From positions 46,998,001 to 47,062,000 of the forward strand of contig OZ076413.1 of NCBI GenBank assembly GCA_964187785.1: DNA of 64,000 nucleotides, written 5' to 3'. The notes under the pieces were generated by a model. The model was not told where the DNA came from. It was given only the letters and a program-made list of their open reading frames with translations, and did not search any database. This DNA is from Amphiscolops sp. MND2022. Taxonomy: Eukaryota. Each line of letters starts with the position of its first letter. Within the stretch, counting starts at the first letter, position 1. The translations under genes were made by a program, and so were the position numbers. This document shows, piece after piece, positions 1 to 11,879 of the stretch.

Positions 1-860
1 TGAGTACGTCCTTCTTAAACAATGATTACAAAAAACAAAATTGAAATAGCTTTTCAGGCTTCTTTTCATGCAATGCTGGTGATCTAACTGGAAAGTAAAA
101 ACATCTAATGTTTGCTTTTTGAGCTTTTTGAATGGTTGTTGTGTGACGTCTACTTCTAACATAGTCTTGTTTGCTGATTCCGCGGCACTGAAGGAAGGCG
201 CTACTCGAAATGTCAGTCGTTAGAACGGACATTCCCGCACCAAAACAGCAAAAGGCAGGTGAAATTGTTCAGCGGTAAGATCCGTTTCGTGTTCCAGATG
301 TACTGAGCCAGAGTTGTAATGACCGAAACTGCAGTGTAGGCTTAGGACGGCGCTGTTTTGCTGGAATTAATAAAAAATCTCCTGTAACAACCTGTTATTC
401 CGCCAGCATGGAACTCACTTTCGTTACCCATACACTGCGTACGTCTAAGGCAAACTATGCACCAGGTAATTTTCTTTTGTGGTCAGTATGTATTAGGGTC
501 GTTCATATGTCATTGCTTTCCCTGAGTCAGTGGCATTTGCGTTACAACTATATATCTCCATGCTTGCAGTTTTTCTTTCACTAACCAGTCCTGTTCCCAC
601 AGATCTCTGGCGAGAAAATTATTTCGAGTCCGAATGGGACTATCCAGTAAAAATTGTGTAACGACCGGCTAGCGACGCACATCTAGGAAGAGGGACAATG
701 CCTAGGGTGCTTAAACAGGAGACCGTTGTCTTACTACATCCCTAGACACTAGTTTTTGTTCCCAAAATGGTCTCCAAGGGGGACTTTTCTATCGTCTAAG
801 GAGGCTTCTCTAGATAGAGCTCCGAAACGACCTGCCGGCACTCTCAAAGTCCGGACACGC

Positions 861-1272
861 TGTGATGCCCTGATGCATGTCCTCAAAGATTCAATAAATC
901 TGAAATACTCTGAACTCTTAACCAAAGTAATTAGTAGATGTAATCTAATTTGAAAGCTAATTATTCTAGAAGAAACTTCATCTAATATATCCTGTACCAA
1001 GCTTCCCCAATTCATCCTGTTGCTGTCACATTGTTAATTGATGAAACCTACCCTAGTTAATAGAATATATCTACTCGGAGAAATTGAGAATTCTTCCTAA
1101 CAATCGGTCTTCCTCCCGCACTTCGAGAACTGAGATCTTAGAGATAGATTGTATTCAGAACTAGCTAGCTACAAGATATAAGATAAGACGACTCCGCTGT
1201 TAAAATCTTAGACTTCTTATGTCAGTAATAAAACTTCTAAAAGAAACCACCACACAACTTTTTAACAGCTCA
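861..1272 (+). repeat. 5' LTR of giant Gypsy element
   Basis: Starts TGTGATGCC, ends CAGCTCA; 12 mismatches to the 3' LTR by manual alignment; TATA-like GATATAAG near 1175, TCAGT at 1222, AATAAA at 1227-1232. Confidence 0.96.
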
Positions 1273-1274
1273 AT

Positions 1275-1287
1275 TGGTGCGACCAAG
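1275..1287 (+). promoter_or_regulatory. Primer-binding site (TGGTGCGACCAAG)
   Basis: TGG (complement of tRNA CCA) 2 nt after the 5' LTR; cognate tRNA not identified. Confidence 0.7.
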
Positions 1288-1991
1288 AAAATTCTTCTTT
1301 CTCTCCCATTCATTTCACACATCTACAATTGTTGTACACCCTTTCTCGACTTTCTCATTCGATATCTCTTTGTTCGACACACAGTTTCTCCACCTCTCAA
1401 TATCGCCTATCGTTACTATCTTCAACGTTGCAACCAATTTCTATTTGAAATTGATCCGTGTTGCTATGATTCTGACTGCGTTCCTCAACGTAATTCCTGT
1501 CAGTCATATTTCTTGGTTCTGACTACGTTTCTTGACGTAATTCCTGTCAGTAAATTTTTCGTTCCAACCACCATTGAGTGAATTCGTGTTGGCTTTCTCT
1601 CTTTCTTCCGTTCCAACCGCAGACGTGCGATACGTGTTGGCCCTTCTACAGTGCTATCCAGCGATTCCTGCTGGTGGAAATCTCTTTGGTTCTAGCCGCT
1701 TGGATCAACTTTAAAGTTGGCACACCTATATAACACATATTTTCTACATAACATAATTATAATACCTTTCTTGTTCTCTCTTCTTTAGTACACACAATAT
1801 ACAAAACTCTTTTAAAACTAGCTTACGGATCCAATTACATAACAATTAAAATATATAACACAGATCCTAATACATAACAATTAAAATATATAACACATAC
1901 ATCACAAATTTCTTTATATAACTTTCATTTTTTCATACATCTATATAAAACAAATTCTAATACAACCTCTTAGACACATTCTTTATTGTAC

Positions 1992-2373
1992 ATGCCGCCT
2001 TCAGTAGACACTATAGTTAAACTCATTGTCTGCTTTTGGTTCTTTGTTGATATCATTGCCGGTCTTGCACTTTTTCTGGACAAATTCTTAATTTCATTCA
2101 TACCAAAACTTTGAAGTACAACCTTTTTCTTCTATGTTAACAAGGATAGTACTACCTCTTTTTGGACTACTTAGTATCTACCACACTTTCCATACACTTA
2201 TCCAATATATACAAAACCCATTCCTTCTCTCTATAAGTATTGCACTTACTATTTTCTTACAAGTTGTTTTCATAGATCAAATTTTACCATATAATTCACA
2301 ATTCAATACAAATCATCTTCTTTTCCGATACATCTATCCTTTATGGCAATCTTATTGTACTAACCAAACTTAA
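1992..2373 (+). pseudogene. Disrupted small membrane-protein ORF upstream of gag (ORF0)
   Basis: ATG 1992 gives MPPSVDTIVKLIVCFWFFVDIIAGLALFLDKFLISFIPKL*; after a stop and frameshift, ORF 2134-2373 has further hydrophobic stretches (IVLPLFGLLSIY, PFLLSISIALTIFLQVVFI). Confidence 0.45.
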
Positions 2374-2382
2374 TATCATATA

Positions 2383-5300
2383 ATGCTTCCCACTCCATTT
2401 ACATTCACTACTGAAAAAAGACAAAATCGATCTCTTATACAAGATGTAACACCTTTTCTACATAGCATTATCTTTCAGTACACAAACCCACTTCCATTTG
2501 AAACAGAACCCCATAAATTACATACTATTCCATTAGTACGAGAACATTGCGATTCTTATCTATATTATATCCACTATAAAACACTTGACATCACACCATC
2601 ACAAACCCCTTTTCAAGTTATTTTTAATCCTGTTAAAGGAATAAACCTTGGAACATTTTATAGAACAGAACTGTAAACCCAAAAAATATTACACTTTCTA
2701 TTTAAGATGTTTTTCACACATACATGCAAAAACTCATTGAATTCAATGAAAACCAAGATACACCACCTTATCGTCCTTCTCATTTACAAGAACTAAAACA
2801 CAGATCTGAATATTTCGAGGTCCCAGATCTTGACACGAAAGTCCAAAGACATGATAATCCTCATTATTGGTTACAACGAGATATCTTACAAATAAAACAT
2901 TTTCAGTACAAATTCTTTAACAACATTATCCTTACAGATGACACTATACCTCAAGTCAAAAATTTTACACAAATCTTATTAAAGTTTCTTAGATTTAATT
3001 ATCAACTAATTTGGGAACAAAAAGACCAACAAGCTTATGTTAACTTCCCTCAAATATTAACACATATAGAACTCTTACCATACATCATAAAAATGAAAAC
3101 AAACATTTACATTACAGAGATCTTACTTCATTAAATGTTACACATTTTGAACAAATAAACTTAGACCACAACTTTGTACTTGAACATTCTGAAACATCAG
3201 ATAATAGAACTTTTATTACACCTGATACTTCTCATGAGACAACTCCTGAAGAACAAACCTCTAGTGTTGCACCTTCATATACAAGACAACAATCAGAACA
3301 ATCAAAACAAGAATCCCCAGAACAAGAAGCCCTTGTTAATCTTTTTCAAAATTCTGATTCTCCTCAAGAACAACCATCATACCCACCAATATCACAAATC
3401 TCAGATATACAACAACCAAATCCTTCTGAAACAAATACAATCCACAATACATCAGAATTTTCTCAAGAAACAGTACAAAATACACGAAATTTTACAATAA
3501 CCGATGATTCAAATCTTGTAATAATTCCTACCCACAATATCACACAAAATGAATTTACAAACCAAAATCAAGACAATACTTCAAGTACCAATCCAGACAA
3601 AAACTCTGTTTTATCTACATCTAATACTAATATTACACAACCCTCTCAGACACAAATACTATCTCCTCGAAATTATAATCCACCTTCTGTTCCACCTCAA
3701 TTCTCAACTCAGATAAACACCCATGACTCTCCTCAACAAAGCTCATCAAATACACCCTACATTGCACAGAACAATAATACAGTACATTTTCAAACACCAA
3801 CTCCACCATCATCTTCTGAAATACAAACTTCGAATTATACTCCAGCTCAAACCAACTCAGTACAAACTACACAAACTACCTTAAACATTAACACCATCCA
3901 TTCCAACCCATCTACAAATTATACCACTGCCAGACATCTTTCTCGATCTCCATTACAACCTATATTAACTAATCCAGTATCATACAGTCTCACCAGTACT
4001 AATCCAAGTCATACACAACAATCTCAGATAAATTACAACACACCCAACCAATTAAATACTCTCTCTTCCCAACATACATCCAATACAATCACTCCTACAT
4101 TACAAACTTCTCAATTTCATATACCAAATCCTCCTTCAACAACGATTAGAACGAACCCTCACTTTCATAGTACTTCAACTACTTCTTTACCTAATATTTC
4201 AAATAATCCTACGTACAATACAACACCCCCATCTACTATATCTCATAACACTATGTCACACCCAACATATATTAATTCTTCTACTTCTATATCAGAACCC
4301 ATTAAACCTTTTGATGGACTCGATCACAACTATACACCTGAAGAATATTTACAACATATTGAGGCACGTGTTACATTTTCCTTAGGTTTACAACCTACAT
4401 CGGAACATGAATATAAATTTTGGCACACCCGTCGCATGGCTTTCATACAATGCTCTTTAACAGGTACAGCACTCAGCTGGTACATTCGTTTAAACGACAC
4501 TTACAAACATGATTGGCACGCTTTTGTACAAGCTTTCAAAAAACAATTTGCCTCACAAAAGAACGCTTACTATGCTCAAGTTGAAGCCGTTAACTTAACC
4601 AAAAAAGACAATGAAACAGTACGTCATTTTGCACTCAAAGTTCAACAGCTGGTTGAAAAAGGCTGGTGTAATGAGAATGCATCCACTATAAACCTCAAAT
4701 GTAATGAAATCTTTACAAAAGGACTTCCAAAAAACCTTAAAGACTTTGCAAATAAAAGGCAAGTAAAACACACTTCCACTGTTCTAGAACCTTCAATTCC
4801 TTTTCATACATTAGTAAAACTTGTTGACGCTGAAGATATTGCAAACGACAAAATCAGAACACATGATCTTGCACTTGAAATTAATAATATTACAAAACAA
4901 TTGAACACTCAAACTCTTGATCACTCATCTCAAGAACAACTTATGTATACACAACCCAAAGACCCAAATAACAAAAATAAACCTGCATACAAAAAATATT
5001 TCTCATACTGTCATAGAACAAATCACTCTATTTCTGCTTGTTTCAAAAAACAACGAGATGATGAAGATAAATGAGAAGCATATGCTCGATCAAAATCCCC
5101 ACAAAAATCGTTCGTTCAATACATTCGTTCTCCTTCCAATGATAGAACAAAACACTATGATAATCGATACCGAAGTCGAAGTACTTCACGAGACAATTCT
5201 TACAACAAAAATTATTCACAAAACCGATACCGTTCTACATCTCGAGATAGAGATAGATTTCGTTACGACAAAAGTACTACTCCTCCACACTACTCTAGAT

Positions 5301-5527
5301 CAAGACATGATACATACAAACGTGATTCTCGGTCTTACCGTTCTCCTTACAGATCTTCTTATAGATCCCCATATCGACAAAACTCTCGTCCTAGATACAG
5401 ATCACGCTCCTACTCAAGAGACAACAAATTCACAAAGTACACAAATTCATATAGACCACCATCAAGACCAAGAGACTCTAGATTTTCTAGATCTCGCTCA
5501 CACTCCAATTCCAGAAATAAAATCAAT
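2383..5527 (+). pseudogene. gag: Very long gag: N-terminal domain, S/T/Q/N/P-rich linker, capsid, Zn knuckle, RS-rich tail
   Basis: ORFs 2383-2676 and 2724-3134 are joined by frameshifts; one frame is open 3131-5071; capsid motifs IKPFDG / LTGTALSWY / WHAFVQAFKKQF; degenerate knuckle FSYCHRTNHSISAC; after a single TGA (5072) the same frame continues through RSRSTSR/RSPYRSSYRSPYR into pol. Confidence 0.85.
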
Positions 5528-8500
5528 ATGATACAACAACAAGACCAAACTGACCCTATCAAATTTGAAGTACACATGTATCACCCAACAGCAATGGCAA
5601 ATGCTGTCACACCTACAAGTTGGTTTTGTACACTATATGTACATACCCCATCAAGTATAGTACAAAGGGACACATTCCTCCTAGATAGCGGTGCTTCCAT
5701 TTCTGTACTCAATTACCCAACATACATAACTCTTACAAAACTTTTAGATATCAGATCAAATCACACCTCTGATGTTGGACCAACTCGAAATTCCAAAACA
5801 TTAACCGTTGCAAACCAAACTGAAGTTCCTATTTTACTTTATGCAAATATAATTTTGAACACCACTATTGATGAAAAATCTCGTTACTTTTCAGTACCTT
5901 TCGCAGTAGCTGATATCAAATACAACATCCTTGGTACACCATTCTTTGAAGACAATATACAAAAAATAAACATACAAGATTTCACACTCGAATTTAAATA
6001 CCAATCAAAAACACACCCAAATTATGCAAAGTTCACAACACTCCTATCTAAAGATTATCCATATTTCTCTTACATTTATAGAAATAATTCAAAAACTCAA
6101 ATACGTCTAAAACCCAAGTCTTCAAAAACTGCACACTTTCCAATTAAAAATTATCATAATCTTCATTTTACAACTACACCACAAAACCACTTCTTTCTTT
6201 CAGTACCTCATACCTATTTTGCTACCAAATTTCGTACAACGTTCAATTTCATTGAAGTATTTACAGATGACGAGCCAGACATTTGTGCAACTATTATTCA
6301 GAACACTTCAAAACATGTTGCAACCCTGCCTCCAGGACATATTGGATACATTGAAGTTCCAATTACCAATGAAAAACCTAAATTCTTCCAAGTTAACGAC
6401 ATTAATACTTTAATACATAACGTTACCCATACTTATCATCCTGATATTACTGAACCACTTCCACAGACCAACTATATTGTACAATATGATGATCCTACAA
6501 CCCCTCCTCCTCAATTCTCTCTACATCAAATTTATATGACAAATAACGACATTCCAAATCAAACTTCTCCTTTATATAACGTTCAGCCTACTTCTCATAC
6601 TTCCAAAAAACGCATTTTCCCTTCTCTACCATATACTTCTGGAAATATGAAATTTATTAATAAATTTAACTTCCAATTTTCTGACCTTACAGATTCAGAA
6701 TACATTACTCTTTGCAATATGTTACTCAAGTATAAAACATGTTATGCAACTCATAAAAACGATGTTGGAAAAATTTCAACACCATTTCGTATACGACTTA
6801 AACCAAATGCTCAACTTATGACACAACGTCCTTCCAAAGTCACTATTCACTACCGAGACAAACTTAACGTACTCCTCAAAGAACTCGAAAAATATAACAT
6901 TATCAAACAATTAGGTTCCTCTCCTCAAGACAAACCCGTTTATGGCACAACTTATTTAAACCCTCTCATTATAATCCCCAAGGGAGATACAATAAAATGT
7001 GTATTAGACGCTCGACACCTTAACTCCAATACAGAACAATCTGATGAATCTTGGCCTATTGAACCTCTTGCTCCACAACTAGCACGCGCAAATAAAAAGT
7101 ACAAATCTGCTATTGACCTTATGTATGCCTATGCACATACACCTCTTGATGAAGACACTATAAAACTTACTAGTTTCTCTTCCAGAGATAAACTTTTCGC
7201 TTCTATCCGAGGCTTTTATGGTCTCAAAGGACTACCAAACTTCTTTACAAAACAAATGTCTACTTTCTTTAAAACTCTTATAGAACAAGGTTTCGCTCTT
7301 GTCTACATTGACGATATATTACTTTTATCTGATTCTAAAGAACACATGTTCCAACTCATAGAACAACTACACATTATTAGTACAAAAAACAATCTTAAAC
7401 TAGCCCCTGAAAAATCCTTTTTCATGCTTCTTAAAGTCAAATTCCTTGGACATGAAATTGGTTACAATACAATTAAACCAATACATTCAAAAATTGCAGC
7501 TATCCATAAAATCCCTTCTCCAACTGGCAAAGTTGCCCTAATGAGTTTCATTGGCGCATTCAATTTTTACACCAAATTTATTGAAAAACTACATATTAAC
7601 CTCAAACCATTTTACGATCTTTTACATGAAAACACTCCTTGGAAATGAACAGACGAACACGAAAGTCTATTCCAAAAACTCAAAATGTCTCTCACGTCTG
7701 AAACAGAATTAAGAATACCAAATACAAAACATCCATTTTTCATTACAGTTGACGCTTCCCTTATTGGATTAGGCGCTGTCTTATTCCAATTAAATGAACA
7801 AAACAAAATGAAAGTCATATCGTACAACTCTCGTATACTTAATCCACAAGAACAAAAACTCTCCACACTTGATAGAAAACTTCTTGGTATAGTAAACGCA
7901 CTTCAAATCTATGAATTTCTCATCATAGGTTCTCCCCATCCAATACACATTTTTACTGATCACAAACCTTTATTACATTGTTTTACAAAGAAAGGTAATC
8001 TCAGCCCTCGTTTCTACAGAGCTCAAATGCAATTGAAAAAATTTTCAAAACTCAAAATAATTCACACTCCTGGAGAAAATCTCTCTGTTGCCGATATGTT
8101 GAGTCGCTCCGTCACAAAAGCTGAAATACAACTAAACCAGTTAAAACATAAACACCTCCCACCACAAATCGATTTTCACTTCTACAAGACAACACTCTTA
8201 AACCTGTACATTACTTAATTAAACATGAAGAAATTTTACCTCATCAAAAACATGACTCTCATCCAATTCTCGCTGATTATGGTACAGATCAATTCTCTAT
8301 TCGTATCAATGATAAAGGAAATGACATTGTTGTCAAACCATTACAATCCTTCTCATTCAAATCTATAACTCCTTTTCAAACTAAGTTCAAGACACCTATA
8401 AAAAAGAACAATAAAACCCTTCATAAACAATCTTTCTTACTTAATGATACTGACGTTACAAGTGATGACGAAGATCATATATACACCAGAATTCCAAAAT

Positions 8501-10508
8501 CTGACTCTTCCTTCTTACAAGACACAACATTACAAACAGTAAATTATTCTACTCTAAAACAACCTACTCACACTACCTCACAAAAATCAGTTTCTGCAAT
8601 AAATGTACAACCCAATTTACCCTCTCTAACACACTGTCAACAAATTATACCTTTCTATGATACATCATTTTTAAGTACAAAAACTATTTTCAAGGTTTCT
8701 TCCTTCCAGATGATTACTCATTAGACATAAAAACTCTTCAACAACAACAATCCCAAGATCCGGTTCTTAGAACTGTTTATTCTTGGGTATTAAACAATGA
8801 AAAACCCGAATTTGTAACACCTCTTATTACTGGTACTCCATTTTTACATGTATATTACAAAAGATTTTCACAACTTTTCATTGACGAATCCACAAATCTT
8901 ATTAGTCTATATATTACAAACCACCCTACTGTTATAAACCAATCCTCTACTCCAAATTTTGTACAAGACACTATTCGTATATGCCTTCCTTTTCGACTGT
9001 TCAAAACTGTCTTTAACAAACTCCATGAACACTCTCATACTGGTATGAAAATTACATACAATACCTTCAAACAATATTACTACATTCCATTTCTTGAAAA
9101 ATGGCTTTCCATTTTCATACATGACTGTATTGAATGTCAACGTAACAAACACTTCAATATGAAAATTCAAACTGCTCCTACACAATCATTTTCAGAACAT
9201 GCTCCATCTTTCAACTATCGAATTTCAATGGACACTAAAGGACCTATTAATCCTCCTTCTCACAACAAATCATATACACATGTAATAATTGACGCTTTTA
9301 GTCACTTTGTTGTTACAGTACCCATCAAATCAAATAACGCAAAGACTGCTATCAAAAGTCTTCTACACCATTGGATTATTAAATTTGGACCACCCATATA
9401 TCTTGTCACTGATCGTGGATCAGAATATGTTAACAAAGAAACGGCACACCTTTGTACACTTATGGGAATTCGTCACTCTCCAAGAACAGCTTACTCTCCT
9501 TGGACAAATGGCCTTGTCGAAGTACAAAACAGAAACCTTGGTACACATCTTTGAATGTTTTTACATGACACACCTAAAGATTGGGCATTCCAAGTCCATA
9601 TGTACGCATATGCACATAATTCACAACCACTTTCAGAACTCAATATTTTACCTCACGAAATTGTTTTCCACGCCCGACCCAGAATACCCCTTACATTTGA
9701 TTTGAACCTTAACCGAGACACCTCTAAAACATGTATTTCACGATATTGCTCTCAACTTCCAGAACACTCCCATTATGATAAATCAGATTTGAACCCATTT
9801 TTCTATAAAACACTTTCAAAACCCATTCCCCATTGGTTTCTCGCTGTAGAAACTGCTATGTTACAAATTTATTCTTCAGTATACGAAAACACTCTACGAA
9901 AAATCAATTCACACGCATATATTACAAAAACTTACCATGAAGGTAAACCCCTTCTTATTGGTACCTTTGTTTTAAAACGCAACTTTACACATGTTCATTT
10001 TTCTGACAAGTCAAAACCCCTTCGGATTGGACCATACAAAATTCTTGATAGATTATCAGACGTTACATATGAACTACTTGCACAAGACGGCTCTACAGTA
10101 CACGTCCATAGAAATCATTTAATCCCATATTATCCAAAAGAACCACTCCTATATCCACATCTGCGTAGTTTTATGCGCTTTTCAGATACAACTCAATTCC
10201 ATATTCCACAACCTACCAAATATGCAAACAGTGATTCTTCCCCTTTTAACTCAGACGAATTCTTGTCAGAAGAAGATTCTCAAACATTTGTAACGCCACC
10301 ATCATTTAGTACATCCAATCAAAATACACCATCTATAACATCCGATGACAAGTCTTTGACTCCCTCAACCAATGACAACTCCTTATATAGACATATAATT
10401 AATACCCCTCACACTATTGTCTCTAGTGACAGAACAAGACACTCATCTAATAACCAAACAACTTCACTTCCTCCTCTAATTGACAGAACCACAAAAACTA
10501 CTTATTAA
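5528..10508 (+). pseudogene. pol: pol: aspartic protease, RT, RNase H, integrase (Gypsy order)
   Basis: LLDSGAS protease; RT VLDARHLN, IDL, GL, YIDDILL, FLGH; RNase H VDAS...TDHKPL...ADMLSR; IN HEHSH..CIEC, MDTKGP, TDRGSEY, NGLVE, GPY. Nonsense codons at 7646 and 9552, frameshifts near 8180 and 8670. Confidence 0.95.
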
Positions 10509-10650
10509 CTACGACAACAACTTAAATTAGATTATAAACTTTTTATTACACCTTCAAACTATAATCCAGTCATTCTATCCGTTGGCTCACTCAAAACTAG
10601 TCACTCCAGTTGAATGAAATAAAACCCATAACAAGTTATCTCAAAGATAA

Positions 10651-11879
10651 CCTGTTGAAAACAGTTCAACAATCCTGGATCCTCCCTCTGATATATCTCC
10701 ATCAGCTCCAAGTATTCCTTCCCCACCTGAATCTTCAGTATCTAGCACTACAAACTCTAGTAATGTAACTCCTACTACTCCTTCTAAAAGACCAAGATCA
10801 TACATCTCTGAAACCACCTCTTCATCACTTCTTCACAGACCACCTATTACTGAAATCCCTATAAACACTCGTCCTCAACAAACTCCTATTAACACTCCTA
10901 TTATACACATACCAAACCCTGAAAGTGTTGAACAATACGTAACATACAAACATCCTACAGCTATCAAAACTGTTAGACTACAACCTCAACTTAATCTTGT
11001 ACAAATCCCTGATACTGAATATACAAAGCTACCTTCACTGAAACTACCATCAGAACTTAGTACTACTTCTTCAAAACTTTATCCACCATTAAAACCTCTT
11101 CGAAAACCTTCTACATCACTCTCAAACCTCTTGGACAATACTTCAGATTACGCTCCATCACAAGACACAAGCTCATTTTTTGTACCTAACTATCGATATA
11201 ATCTTCGTGACCTCCCTTCACGTAGACTTAGTACAGACACTTCAACATTCAATTTTTCCGCTCTTTCTAGCAATTCTGCACTACGACCTGTACGACAACA
11301 CGTTCAACCATTGTCCTCTGACACACCATCTTCAGAACTCTTTCAATCTCCTTATTTTACTTCTGGTTTTGAAACCGCTTCATTACTCTCATCTAACCCA
11401 CAGACTGCATTTCTATCAGGAGATTTTTTTTCACAAGTAGTATTCCCTACTCCTGTTCCTGCACATATTAGACTACCCGAATACTATACTGCAGAACACT
11501 CTAGACCCCCAACTCCAAATTTCACTGACTATCCACTTAGAGTCGATGGTATAACCATCTACGACCCACAAAACGATCCCCGATTTCCAATTCTTGCAGA
11601 ACGTTTCATTAATAACAACGACCTCTTATCTCACAAACGCAAAGAAACAGAACTAAAACGTCAAATCTAGAATTTAAATTTAAAGTCAAAGTCAAATTTC
11701 AAGGATTAAATCAACACCCAATATTTCACGTTTCTAAAATAGAACATAAAACCTCTCCTGCTCCTTTTGAAGTAGTACATATTGAATTTGATCGCGATCT
11801 TAATATACCCACTATCATCTATGGCAACAATGTCTTCTGTAACCCATATTCCGGTCTTAAATATACAACATCTTTTTAA
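10651..11879 (+). pseudogene. S/T/P-rich ORF between integrase and env (may be a pol C-terminal tail)
   Basis: Frame open 10651-11670 (includes listed ORF 11131-11670); an apparent frameshift near 11665 continues it to TAA ~11879; PSAP at 10699-10710, LYPPL at 11077-11091, YNLR motif. Confidence 0.55.

Noticed and set aside
1..860. Short ORFs left of the giant element
   Set aside because: No recognisable motifs; two of them cross the LTR boundary, so they are chance frames.
1828..1897. ~35-bp direct repeat x2 in the element leader
   Set aside because: Simple local duplication; no spacers or other structure.
6000..6650. Possible dUTPase between protease and RT
   Set aside because: No dUTPase catalytic motifs recognisable; similar spacer domains are common in Gypsy pol.
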